A DNA stretch of 63,616 nucleotides, counting the filler, from Octopus bimaculoides (taxonomy: Eukaryota), in assembly GCF_001194135.2 (NCBI RefSeq). It is 5 parts of 5 records of this genome, joined end to end, with 100 filler letters (N's around TTAATTAATTAA, not from the genome) between each part and the next. Parts side by side here need not be neighbours in the genome. Positions count along the whole stretch, not along the records: positions 1 to 28,718 come from NC_068987.1; 4 more parts are not named here. The stretch is one strand, 5' to 3'. Every line of letters starts with the position of its first letter. Positions within the stretch are counted from its first letter, which is position 1. The notes beneath the pieces were generated by a model. It worked only from the letters and a program-made list of their open reading frames with translations, searched no databases and was not told the origin of the DNA. The position numbers and the translations under genes were made by a program. This document shows, one piece after another, positions 12,845 through 25,649 of the stretch.

Positions 12845-13310
12845 ATGCTTGCAAGTTTATAGGACATCAAAAGATAATGCGCGCCGTTTCGGGGCCGACC
12901 TCTCGACGTCATCATTGCGCCCCGTCACTGAAATGTGGCCCCACTTGCTAGCTCAACTGGTTGTCAGGTTTTGTTCAATATTCTTTTAGCCATCGCTCAT
13001 CGTCTCTTTTTAACCAAATCCCTTTGGCTAGCCTTCTCCACTGTGGTTTGGATATCACTCATAGTGGTATTTACCTTACGATGAGTTAGGCCTAACGATA
13101 ACAGCAGTCGTCTCGCACTGTGCCCAACAAACCCTCTACATCCGACTTCGGTTGGAAAGTGCTCCGCTTTCCGGCCTGCGTCTTTACATTCCTCGAGGAG
13201 GTTTCCATTATGGTCAATCTTGTGAGTCTGAGCGGCGTCCATGTCATCTTCATTAGGAAGATAAAATCTCGACTAGGTTTACCACTTTTTTTTCACACCA
13301 TATGATGATA
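12845..13310 (-). mobile_element. 3' end of an RLE-type non-LTR retrotransposon (HERO-like)
   Basis: IIWCEKKVVNLVE / LPNEDDMDAAQTHK...LLEECKDAGRKAEHFPTEVGCRGFVG...VEKASQ is the restriction-like endonuclease C-terminus; a GC-rich 3'UTR with CCCGAAAC...TGATGTCC follows. Confidence 0.8.
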
Positions 13311-13362
13311 GCAGACATGAACATCATCGTCGTCGTTGTAGTCGTCGTCGTCGTCGTCGTCG

Positions 13363-13412
<50 letters not shown>

Positions 13413-13454
13413 GTCATCATCATCGTTATCGTCATTGTCGTCCTTGTCGTCTTC

Positions 13455-13587
13455 GTCACGCAGAATCTCCCTGGGAACTACATTAAGGGTATACGCATCC
13501 GTGGAGTGCTCAACCACTTGCACGTTAATTTCACGAGCAGACTGTTCAGCTGGGACCCTCTTCGTCGTAACCGACGGAGTGCTCCTG

Positions 13588-13588
<1 letters not shown>
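13455..13588 (+). mobile_element. SINE family D, 3' fragment
   Basis: GTGGAGTGCTCAACCACTTGCACGTTAATTTCACGAGC...CGTCGTAACCGACGGAGTG, matching the 21570-21945 copy. Confidence 0.85.
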
Positions 13589-13620
<32 letters not shown>

Positions 13621-14192
13621 NNNNNNNNNNNNNNNNNNNNNNNNNNNNNNNNNNNNNNNNNNNNNNNNNNNNNNNNNNNNNNNNNNNNNNNNNNNNNNNN
13701 NNNNNNNNNNNNNNNNNNNNNNNNNNNNNNNNNNNNNNNNNNNNNNNNNNNNNNNNNNNNNNNNNNNNNNNNNNNNNNNNNNNNNNNNNNNNNNNNNNNN
13801 NNNNNNNNNNNNNNNNNNNNNNNNNNNNNNNNNNNNNNNNNNNNNNNNNNNNNNNNNNNNNNNNNNNNNNNNNNNNNNNNNNNNNNNNNNNNNNNNNNNN
13901 NNNNNNNNNNNNNNNNNNNNNNNNNNNNNNNNNNNNNNNNNNNNNNNNNNNNNNNNNNNNNNNNNNNNNNNNNNNNNNNNNNNNNNNNNNNNNNNNNNNN
14001 NNNNNNNNNNNNNNNNNNNNNNNNNNNNNNNNNNNNNNNNNNNNNNNNNNNNNNNNNNNNNNNNNNNNNNNNNNNNNNNNNNNNNNNNNNNNNNNNNNNN
14101 NNNNNNNNNNNNNNNNNNNNNNNNNNNNNNNNNNNNNNNNNNNNNNNNNNNNNNNNNNNNNNNNNNNNNNNNNNNNNNNNNNNNNNNNNNNN

Positions 14193-14258
<66 letters not shown>

Positions 14259-15094
14259 TAATATCTTATATTCTTTATTTATTGTTTATGTTATTATAAT
14301 GTATATCGATCTCCTTTTCCATTTACATTGGCCTATATTACGAAAATGGATTCGAAGAATAATTGTCCCTCTTCGGCCTGAGAGATATTTGTCAAGAATG
14401 TCAAACTCAATCGGTTTTGGTCCACAAAACCAAACGAATTTGACGTTCCAGACAAATTTGACGTTCCAGACTCTGTTGACAAGCAGACGATATTTCAACA
14501 TTGACAATCTCAGGTTGTAGCCATAAACAACATGCAATGAGTTCGTGTGTTCTTTAATGTGTTAGGGCTCATGCACTGTTATTCGACTTGGTCATCTAGA
14601 TATTCACTGTGGTGGTAAAATCATCCAAGAATTATTATTATTATTATCATTATTATTATTACTTTATTATTGACACGAAGAAAATATGAGGGATATATAT
14701 TCTCAAGAAAGTGAGGGGAAATTTTTCGCTTTAATGTTTTAGCTTCCCATGAGTTATTCGAGATTTTGATATTTTAAGTTCCGCATATAATTTTAATTTG
14801 AAAGCAGCATGTAATTTTAATGTAAAACCAACGCGACATAACTTGGCATTAAGAAAGACCGACTTGAAAACCGATGATTTATAACATCTGAAGAAACTTT
14901 AAACCTAATATTGTCTTATTTTTGTTTCACAGTATCGACTCTAGAAATTACATATACGTTAATATTCTTGTTGGAGTGGGTCACAGCCAGTAACGATGGA
15001 TAATTAGTGAAGTTGTTTGACCTCCCCGTCAGTGAGGGATTTTCACTGAAATGTCGTCAAACATTCTGGGTAGCTATGGCAGAACTCCCTAAAA

Positions 15095-15815
15095 CGCAGG
15101 CATGGTTCTGTAGTTAATAAAGTTCACTTTGCAACCGCGTGATATCAAGTTCAGTCCCACTGCGCGGTATCTTAGACAATTATCTTCCACTATAGCACCG
15201 GTCCGATCAATATTCTGAGTGGATTTGGTAGACGAAACTGTATGGAAGCCAGTCATAATCCTTATTATTATTAATATTGTTGATATACTCCTGGAAACCT
15301 ATATGGTTAAGGTAATATATTTAAAATTAACCAACAGAATATATCTCTAAATTCTTATCTTATGAGAATATTATTCTTTTCTACTCTAGTTATAAAGACG
15401 GCAGCCGTTGTCAGGGGTCATTTAAGTCAATGGTACAAAGCGTCAGCCAAAATTTGTGAGGTACCGAGTTCGGTTGCCTGCAGTGGCCGCTGGCCATTTA
15501 TTTCCGTCTATAGGGGGGTATATTTATCCGATTTTTCTAAAAGTTGTTTTTACAGTTATTCTGCATTCGAGATTTGCTTAATTTATAAGAAGTGTTTCTG
15601 TGCGCGGCTATATGTTTGTTCGCCACACCGCTTGATATCCAGTGTTGGCTTTTTTCTTTACGTCCCTGTAACTTAGCAGTTTGACAAAAGACGGATAAAA
15701 TAAATATCAAACTTTAAAATGTAAGTACTTGGATCGATTTCATTGCACGAAACTCTTCAATGTGGTGCCCCAGCATGGCTGTAGTCCAATGACTCAAACA
15801 AGTAAAAAAATAAAG
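15095..15815 (+). mobile_element. Two SINE family B pieces (5' half about 15095-15255; 3' half about 15600-15815)
   Basis: CAGTCCCACTGCGCGG...GGATTTGGTAGACG and TTTACGTCCCTGTAACTTAGC...GGTGCCCCAGCATGGC. Confidence 0.7.
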
Positions 15816-16324
15816 ATACGGAAGAGCAGGCCCACTCCTTTGTGAGTGGGTCTGTGAGGGTACAAAAGCGGGCAGAGAAATTGCTGTATCAAATAAAAGT
15901 CAAGATGGTTAAAATTTTAAAAACTTGTTTCAAACCAAAGCGTTGAAGGATGAATTATATGGATACAAACTCAAACTCTGTTTTGTCTTCTCGTTAATAA
16001 AGCGGAGGGAGGGAGGACCAAAAAAAAAATCATTAATATTAAGTAGTGAGTTATAGATGGGAGGGGCTGATGTTTGTCGGTTTGAGAACCTATGCCCAAT
16101 GTCACACATTTGTAGACAAGCGTGTGTAGTGGATTAAATTAGCGCCAACATGAGTGTCTGGTACTTATTTTCTCAACACCGGATGTGGGAAAGACAGAAT
16201 CAACCCCGACGGGATTGGAAATTCCGAACGTACTGGGACGAAACTAAATAAGGAATCTAGACTTAGCACTTCTACTTCTTTGTCGTCTTCCCCTCTCATC
16301 GCTAATTAATATTACAGAATACAT

Positions 16325-17590
16325 ATAAGGCGGCGAACAGGCAGAATCGTTACCGCTCCGGAAAAGAATGCTTAGCAGCATTTCTTCTGTTTTTACGTTC
16401 AAATTCTGTCAAGGTCGACTTCGCCTTTCATCCTTTCGAGGGTCGATGTTGTCGTTTATAGCTACAACCAGTTGTCGATGTTGAAATATCGTCTGGTCGT
16501 CAACGGAACAGACGATATTTGTCAGGAGTGTCAAATTCATTTGGTTTTGTGAGCCAGATTGTAGTGTAAAATGGATCTCACAGGTCGGAGAAGTACAATT
16601 ATTCTTCAAAACCATTTTCATTAACACCAGTTGATCACTGGGGTTGATGTAATCGACTCAATCCCTTCCACCAAAATTGCTGACCTTGTACCAAAATTTG
16701 AAACCAGTATCACAGAATTCATGAAAGTGCTGAGTTAACAGAACCGTTAGAACTTCAACCAAAATGCTTAGCTCTTTACATTCTGAGTTCAAATGCTGCT
16801 GAAGTCGACTTTGCCTTTCATTTTTGCATCCTTTCGGGATCGATGATTAAATAAATAGTAATTGAGCATTGAGATCGAAGCTATACTTGCCCTCCCCTCA
16901 AAATTGATAGCCTTGTGCCAAAGTTTAAATCAGTTATAGAATTCGTGAAAGCCGGTGGATTGGCAGAATCGTAAGAGCATCTGCCAGAGTAGCTGGAGAT
17001 ATTTAGTTACGAGAGTTTTCGTTCCGAACCTTTCAAGGACGTTAAAATGATACACCAATCAAGTACTGAGATCAATATAATCGATTGAATCCGCTCTCCG
17101 AAATTCGAGGTTTTGTTTCTATATAAAACAGTATCAAAACGATAGAACCCTTATGGTGAATAATAAATCTCGGGTGTCTTTGTGCTGATCGGAAACATCT
17201 GACAATGTTTGTTGTTGCAGAATCGTTAGCACATCGGACAAAATGTTTCGCAACATTTCTTCCGGTTTTCTACATTCTGACTTTAAATTTTGTCGAGGTT
17301 AACTTTGTTTATCATCCTGTCGGGGTCGATAAAATAAAGTATCAATGAAGTCATGAGGTTGATGTAATTGATTTATTTCTACCCTTAGAATTGCTGGCCT
17401 TGCGCCAAAATTTGAAAAAATTGGCCCTAAGAAGGCGACGAGCTGGAAGAATCGCTAGCTTAGAGACATTTCTTCGAGTTCTTTACATTCTGAGTTAGAA
17501 TCTTGTTAAGTTGGCTTTACCTTTCATCTTTCCGACATAATCGATTTATCCCTCCGCTCAAAACTGCTGAACTTGCGTCAAAAATTAGAA
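16325..17590 (+). mobile_element. Head-to-tail cluster of about five diverged SINE family A copies
   Basis: Recurrent GGCAGAATCGTTAG heads near 16330, 16735, 16955, 17215 and 17440, each with core and CCAAAATT(T)GAAA tail. Confidence 0.8.
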
Positions 17591-18406
17591 TTATTTAACT
17601 CTAGTTCACCTCTGAGCGAGCAGACTTATAACGAAAATGGTTCTTGCCATAACCATCCCGCCCTCTTCAATGAGCAACACTTATCTCTGATTACATTATC
17701 GAACGCACCCTTCCCCCCTTTCAAAACAAGAGGAGGGGAGATGTAGTCGCCACTTCTAACAGGTTTCGCCCCTCGAAGAGGCTCCGCTCCCTAGGATATA
17801 ATCTGTTAATGTGGCGGAAACTTTCCTTAGTCCTGGTGAGTGTGCGGAAGGAATTAGTAATATAAGAAGGAAACAAAAGTTATAAAGAAACAACAACGAA
17901 ACAAGCAAACAAACGTGTCTAAATTATTTGATTATTGGCTGTAAAATAAATGTTGCCAAGTAAAATTTTTTTTTTAATTAAAAAGAAACATGTAAATCCA
18001 TAAATAGTCAAGTAAATACCTTCAAGAAGCAGACGATCATAATTCAAGCATTTGCTTCCGTCTTTGTAGAAATGAAATATGAAAACATAATCCGCAAGGT
18101 TTGTGTGCGTGTTTGTGTGTATGTGTGTGTGTGTGTGAGCAATGTATATACATAGTCATACACACACACACACACATTCATAAGTTATATATACGCATAC
18201 GTACGTGTATATCTGTACGTATTAATGTTTTTGTGTATGTATGTATATCTATATATAATGTTTACGTATTCTAGCACACAAGCATGTATATACAGATACA
18301 CACACTTATGTATGTATGTATGTATGTATGTATATATATATATATATATGTATACATCTTTCTCTATCTCTTTCTCTCTCTCTCTTTCTCTCTCTCTATC
18401 TCTCTT

Positions 18407-18484
<78 letters not shown>

Positions 18485-19029
18485 NNNNNNNNNNNNNNNN
18501 NNNNNNNNNNNNNNNNNNNNNNNNNNNNNNNNNNNNNNNNNNNNNNNNNNNNNNNNNNNNNNNNNNNNNNNNNNNNNNNNNNNNNNNNNATACACATATA
18601 TATACACACATATATACACACACACGTACACATGCATATATACTTACGTTTATAGATATACGTAAATACGTATGCGTACATCTATATTTGAGACTTTATA
18701 GATATATTATTTATACCTATGTATACAGACACATACACACACACACACACATACACACACACACAGACAACACAAACAAACATACTCGCTTGCCGACATA
18801 CATCATACCGCTCGGAATACTTCTATTGCCACTAATGCCTGAGCCACGGTGGCTAATCAAGAAATGAAGAAAAAAAAAGACTATTTTTCAATTTATTTGA
18901 AATGGAATCGCTGTTTGAAGTATATTAATTGGATTTTGAGAAAGGGGTCGGATGTCAAAACATTATGTAAACGGATGATCATCGAGTTTTAGCGTTAATT
19001 TACAAAATTTTTAATATTTTTCAATGTGC

Positions 19030-19245
19030 TAAGGCGGAGAGCTGGCAGAGCCGTCAGCACGCCTGGCAAAGTGCTTAGCGGTATTTTATCTGTCGTCACG
19101 TTCTGAGTTCAAATTCCGCTGAGGTCAATCTTGCCTTTAATCTTCTCGGAGGTCGATAAAATAAATACCAGTGGATCAATGGGGTCGATGTAATCGACTT
19201 ACACCTCCTCCGAAATTTCTGGCCTTGTTCCAAAATTTGAAGCTA
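19030..19245 (+). mobile_element. SINE family A, full length
   Basis: GGCGGAGAGCTGGCAGAGCCGTCAGCACG...GAGTTCAAATTCC...GGTCGATAAAATAAATACCAG...CCAAAATTTGAA. Confidence 0.9.
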
Positions 19246-19379
19246 AAATTTTTCCATACGTTGCGTAAACCCAATGATCGTATTTATTCTCTTTAACTCT
19301 CACCTTATTATAATTGAATATTTATCTTTCAATTTCCTTACATTGAAGCCCAGCTCAGAAGCCTAGTAAGGCCTCTCCG

Positions 19380-20402
19380 TTCGCGTTGGATTCAAGTTCT
19401 TCATTCCGCCAAATCTGTCATTTTCACATCCGGTGATCAGTGTCAAGATATGCATTGAAGTTTCCTTGTAAGACAAAAGAATCGATGATAATTACGTCTA
19501 CAGTTGCAGTGGCTTCGTCAAGGAAGGGGTGTGCATTGTCACCTCTCCTTTTCATAATTTTTTATGAATTGCATTAACATGCGCAGCCGTTGTGGAAACA
19601 GTATCACAATCTGTGAGTGTAGGATCGTTCGGCTGATATTTGCAGATATTTTGCTACTTGGTTCATCAATAGGTGATCTCCAGCATTCGCTGTCGAGTGC
19701 TACAAGGTAGGGATGTGTTGAAAAACCGAGACATTGGTCCTCCCAAGAAAGTTTTTCCGGTGCGCTCTGCCAGTCAGTGGAACACCACTGAAACAAAATG
19801 GACAAGTTTATATTGGGACTCTATTCACGAATGATGGGAAGAAGGAGCTTGAGTTGAATGCTAGAATTTCGGGTATTGATACAGTAATGCACCAACTCCA
19901 GCTTTCGATCTTCAGGAGAGGAGAAGCTGGTTGAAAAATGCCAAACTTATAATTGGTTTTATCCTCACCTATGATCATGACTGTTGTAATGACCGAAAGA
20001 GTACGATCGTGAATACAAGCGGTCGAAATGGGGACCCCAAAAGGTCTCTGGAGTAACATTACTCGATAGGGTGTGTAACTCGAAGTCTTTTTAGGTCGAG
20101 CTGTCACTTTTCTGCATTGAGAGGCCACAGAACTAGTATTACAGACATGTTATTAGAATGTGTCAGGAAAGAATCGGAAGACGGATGGTTGAACTCAACC
20201 AACCAGCGAGAAATTTAGGGATAGACCAAAAGCAAGATGGTTGGATAATATCCAACTGAGACGACCACGCTTAGGAATCCAACCAGAAAGTGTAATGACG
20301 GTTGCTTCTGATAGAACTCTTTGGAGGAGGTACCTAAGGACTCTACCCCTACAACCCTCCTAGGAATAATGGGTGGTGTAGATGGAATGATGCATGGATG
20401 GA
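19380..20402 (+). mobile_element. 5'-truncated RTE-clade LINE: RT C-half, C-terminal region and 3' end
   Basis: Frameshifted translation contains LRQG/CALSPLL, IFAD (YADD-like), KTETLVLPRK, YIGTLFTNDGKKELELNARIS, VMTERVRS*IQAVEMG and DRPKARWLDNIQ; ends in ATGGA-like repeats. Confidence 0.9.
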
Positions 20403-21569
20403 CTTCCTTACATCAATAAATCTCGTATTTGTAATCCCTGTGGTTTATCAAAATGAAAAAAAAAAATGTATTTGATTCAAATATATGGTTTATATTCATA
20501 ATATTTTCTATTCAAAATATTTTCTGTTTCGTCTTGCTTTCAGAAATATTCAACCTTGGGCTCGTACAATAACTGTACATTTGGAGACTCAAGGCAGATG
20601 TTCTACGTGGACAAGAGATACCAAGAAGAAAAAAAAAAAGGCAGATTTCATTCTGGATCGAAACCACGATCTTGCGATCGTTAGCGTAATACCCAACCTC
20701 TAGACTATGCTTTTCATCCACGTAACCTCTGCAGGATCAGGAAATGTACGTTTCAGCACCGTGCTGCATTGTTTACGTTGAAGTGTTTGTGCTCCCATTC
20801 TAATGTGTTTATCAAGTATTCCGCGCTTGTAATTCCGTCACGGATAATTTGTAACGGCTGTGAAAATTGTATGAGACAACTAACGAACAGAAAGCAATTG
20901 GAATTGATTAGTTCATCAATTGAACTTTACGAAATATATCGCCAACTTCCAAGAATTTGGCATGCAAGCAGCTTTCCCTGGCATGAACCAACAGCAACTG
21001 CGACAAGCATGAAGCATGAACAGCAACAGAAAATTCACTGAAAATCATGAGAGAAATAAAGAAACTTCCCCGTAACTTATATCTTTTGTTGCATGATTCG
21101 GTTTCAGTTATTGATTACTAATTAAATAGTATTTGTCTTGAAATTTGGTTTCTGCTGATCATTCTTATTGGTCACGCTTGTCGTTAACAAATCGGTATCA
21201 TCACGACATTTTGGGAAATAACTCGAAAACATGGACCTGGATTCAGATAACTCTGCGTGAATGGTAATTCTTTCGCTCTTCAATTCATGACGAGTACGCG
21301 AACACACACACACACATACACACACACACGCACACACGCACGCACGCACGCACGCACGCACGTACACACACACACACACACACACACACAGAGGCACGCA
21401 AGTTCAGGTTTGTTTACGTCCCTGTAACTTAGCGGTTTGGCAAAAAAGGAAATAATAGAATAAGCACCAGGTTTAAAATAAGTAGTGTCCGATTTGACGT
21501 ACATACATACACATACACGCGCGCGCACACCCACACCCACACACACCCACACATATAAAGTTGACCTGT

Positions 21570-21945
21570 GTAGGCGTAATGGCTTAGTGGTTAGAGCAGC
21601 GGACTCGCGGTCGTAGGATTGCGGTTTCGATTCTCAGACCGGGCGTTATGAGTATTTATTGAACGAAAGCACCAAAAGCTCCACGAGGCTCCGGCAGGTG
21701 GGTGGGTGGCGAAACTCTGCTGTACTCTTTCACCACAAGTTTCTCTTCCTGTTTCTGTTGTACCCGTATTTCAAAAGGGCCAGCCTTGTCACACTCTGTG
21801 TCACTGAATCTCCCCGAGAACTATGTTAAGGGTACACGTGTGTGTCTGTGGAGTGCTCAGCCACTTGCACGTTACTTTCACGAGCAGGCTGTTCCGTTGA
21901 TCGGATAAACTGGAACACTCGTCGTCGTAACCGACGGAGTGCCAC
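21570..21945 (+). mobile_element. SINE family D, full length (tRNA-derived head)
   Basis: A box TGGCTTAGTGG, B box GGTTTCGATTC, body shared with 13455-13588 and 59303-59415. Confidence 0.88.
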
Positions 21946-22493
21946 GATAGTTGATCAGCAGCATCATACACACACATATATACACACATACATACATCCA
22001 TTCATATATATATATATATATATATATAAGAAATAATTAAGATTCAGTTGAATTAAGCACTTAAGTTGAGGCACCAAGTCAGTCCAGTATTGTCCGCACA
22101 GCTCGAAGTTAGGTGAACAAAAAGCAAATAAGTAACAAGGATTTCCAGGTATTAGTGCATTACGGCTGTTTCAAGCGGCTCCATTTAATCGATCAATGAA
22201 AAAATTACATCAATTTGAAATAAACCGCTCTCCTCGGTGCAGACGACCATATAGATTTCCAACATACAGGATACACCATTATATTTTTTAGCAAATTTTT
22301 CATCTGTACTAGAGACTAAAATTATTACATTGCTTCTCTTTGCAAAGAAAAGCAATGTAATTATTTTAGCAAAGAGAATTAGTTCATATATATGAAGTTC
22401 ATATATATGAAGTGAAACAGTGAAAAACAAAAAAAACACGCAAAGAGCTAAAATGACTTTCTGCTATATCCAGTATGTTGGGAAGTTTTATTA

Positions 22494-22728
22494 TACAATA
22501 ATCCCTCGACTATCGCAGGTATTACGTTCCAAAATCTCCAACAGAAATAATTAAAATCTAAAAAGTATAAACACCTATCGGCCGCAGAAACCCGCGATAA
22601 ACTGAGGAGTCTGCGATATAAATGTGCATATATTAGCCAGGAAAATCCGCGATATACTAAGTGCACGATAGGTGAAACACGATGTACTGAGTGCGCGATA
22701 GGTGAATCACGATATAGCAAGGGATTAC
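22494..22728. mobile_element. Tigger-derived MITE
   Basis: TA-CAATAATCCCTCGACTATCGC left end and CGATATAGCAAGGGATTAC right end form TIRs; internal subterminal repeats (GCGATA...); the right TIR abuts a SINE B tail. Confidence 0.7.
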
Positions 22729-23038
22729 TCTTTTACTCTTTTACTCTTTTACTTGTTTCAGTCATTTGACTGCGGCCATGCTGGAGCACCGCCTTTAGTC
22801 GAGCAAATCGACCCCAGGACTTATTCTTTGGAAGCCTAGTACTTATTCTATCGGCCTCTTTTGCCGAACCGCTAAGTTACGGGGACGTAAACACACCAGC
22901 ATCGGTTGTCAAGCGATGTTGGGGACAAACACAGACACAAACATATACACATATATATATATATACATATATACGACGGGCTTCTTTCAGTTTCCGTCTA
23001 CCAAATCCACTCACAAGGCTTTGGTCGGCCCGAGGCTA
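22726..23038 (-). mobile_element. Young SINE family B copy with (AAAAGAGTA)n tail; 5' end lost in gap
   Basis: Three TACTCTTT(T) tail units, then CAGTCATTTGACTGCGGCCATGCTGGAGCACC...GGTCGGCCCGAGGCTA running into N. Confidence 0.92.
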
Positions 23039-23639
23039 NNNNNNNNNNNNNNNNNNNNNNNNNNNNNNNNNNNNNNNNNNNNNNNNNNNNNNNNNNNNNN
23101 NNNNNNNNNNNNNNNNNNNNNNNNNNNNNNNNNNNNNNNNNNNNNNNNNNNNNNNNNNNNNNNNNNNNNNNNNNNNNNNNNNNNNNNNNNNNNNNNNNNN
23201 NNNNNNNNNNNNNNNNNNNNNNNNNNNNNNNNNNNNNNNNNNNNNNNNNNNNNNNNNNNNNNNNNNNNNNNNNNNNNNNNNNNNNNNNNNNNNNNNNNNN
23301 NNNNNNNNNNNNNNNNNNNNNNNNNNNNNNNNNNNNNNNNNNNNNNNNNNNNNNNNNNNNNNNNNNNNNNNNNNNNNNNNNNNNNNNNNNNNNNNNNNNN
23401 NNNNNNNNNNNNNNNNNNNNNNNNNNNNNNNNNNNNNNNNNNNNNNNNNNNNNNNNNNNNNNNNNNNNNNNNNNNNNNNNNNNNNNNNNNNNNNNNNNNN
23501 NNNNNNNNNNNNNNNNNNNNNNNNNNNNNNNNNNNNNNNNNNNNNNNNNNNNNNNNNNNNNNNNNNNNNNNNNNNNNNNNNNNNNNNNNNNNNNNNNNNN
23601 NNNNNNNNNNNNNNNNNNNNNATATATATATATATATAT

Positions 23640-23800
23640 AGTTGAAATTTATAGAGAAACAAAAAACGAAGACAGGTGTAAGAACAACACTTTCTCCGGG
23701 AAGTGAGAAAGTCATTTACGTTTCGAGTCTACGCTTTTCAACGGAAATGAACAAGAGAAAATAAACAGAGAGGATTAAAAAAAACGTGTGAATTTAGCGA
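23640..23800 (-). mobile_element. Repeat family F, diverged copy
   Basis: GAAAGTCATTTACGTTTCGAGTCTACGCTTTTCAACGG is homologous to 7156-7192. Confidence 0.55.
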
Positions 23801-24004
23801 TCACATACATGCATACATACATACATACATACATACATACAGACGAACAGACAGATAGATAGATAGACAGATAGAGGCACATATATAAAGCTTCAACATA
23901 TGAAGTAACTTTTGTGTTAATATCCATACATATGTATATATATTAGAAACATGAAAATATGTTAAACATATGCATATATAAAATTATACATATACATGCA
24001 TACG

Positions 24005-24056
<52 letters not shown>

Positions 24057-25016
24057 TACACATACACTCATATACATACATTCATACATACATACTTACA
24101 CTCATGCTTCTATCCATCCGTATACCCCCTACACACACACACATGTCGTCCGGTACACAGTTTCTTCTGAACAAGTGGAATAAAAAAAAAATTGGAAGTT
24201 TGTCGAAAACAAATATTATTTATTCCGGTTTTGCTATATATATATATATATATATATATCTATANNNNNNNNNNNNNNNNNNNNNNNNNNNNNNNNNNNN
24301 NNNNNNNNNNNNNNNNNNNNNNNNNNNNNNNNNNNNNNNNNNNNNNNNNNNNNNNNNNNNNNNNNNNNNNNNNNNNNNNNNNNNNNNNNNNNNNNNNNNN
24401 NNNNNNNNNNNNNNNNNNNNNNNNNNNNNNNNNNNNNNNNNNNNNNNNNNNNNNNNNNNNNNNNNNNNNNNNNNNNNNNNNNNNNNNNNNNNNNNNNNNN
24501 NNNNNNNNNNNNNNNNNNNNNNNNNNNNNNNNNNNNNNNNNNNNNNNNNNNNNNNNNNNNNNNNNNNNNNNNNNNNNNNNNNNNNNNNNNNNNNNNNNNN
24601 NNNNNNNNNNNNNNNNNNNNNNNNNNNNNNNNNNNNNNNNNNNNNNNNNNNNNNNNNNNNNNNNNNNNNNNNNNNNNNNNNNNNNNNNNNGTGTGTGTGT
24701 GTGTGTGTGTGCGTGTGTGTGTATATATATACAGTATACACACATGTATACATATGTGCATATCACGTTCATATATATGTCCGTTTATGAAATGTTTCAA
24801 ATACATGTGTGTGTGTGCTTCTACATTGTAGAAATGTGTTTTTCTTTTTCTTTTCTTTCTCGCATCTCTGTTCTAATTCTCTACCCGTGCTCCTTTCCTT
24901 CATAAGCTTTTATCTTCTGCACCAGTAATGTAGCCTCCACAGACTTCCCTCCACCTTGCAATTTTTAAATTCTTATTTACGTATATATTTATTATTATAT
25001 CAATGATATGTGTGTG

Positions 25017-25056
<40 letters not shown>

Positions 25057-25203
25057 CAGAAAACACTATATTGGAATGCGAGTGGATGATGATAATCTAC
25101 GTGGAACACTAACTCATTGAGTAGTAGTCATACATCTAATTCTACACAAAAAATACATACATACACACAAACACACAGACACACACATATACATGTATAT
25201 ATG

Positions 25204-25234
<31 letters not shown>

Positions 25235-25613
25235 AAATTAAATGATAGGGGTAGAAATTGATGTCAATCCATTAACATCAATTTAAACCAGTGGTCTAGC
25301 ATATTGAAAAAAATCCGAAGATTTATATATATAAATATAATTTTTAAATCTTCTAATATAATAGAATAGAATAGAATTATATATATAAGCAATATTAGAT
25401 CCCTCACTTTTCCTCACTAGCTCGTAATTATCACACACTGATGACGGGTTTGTGTGTATCACGTAAGGCTAGAGATGGGAATGATGATTTCACTCCGCAA
25501 ATACTAATCGGACACAGACAGTATGTCGTTAGCCAGCTGGGGGAGATGTTCTCTTGAGGCTAAAAACAACAACAGCATCGTCCCCTATGCAACCGCCACA
25601 TCTAGATTTCAAT

Positions 25614-25649
<36 letters not shown>

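Noticed and set aside
12860-12930. TGATGA...GAAAC hammerhead-like motif in the HERO-like 3'UTR (minus)
   Set aside because: C3 is absent and stems II and III cannot be formed convincingly; better explained as retroelement 3'UTR.
20760-21300. Open frames and splice-like signals on both strands in unique sequence
   Set aside because: Several mutually incompatible readings and no recognisable protein; cannot be supported without transcript data.
21571-21645. tRNA gene
   Set aside because: A and B boxes are present but the sequence continues into a repeated SINE body with no proper acceptor stem; it is a SINE head.
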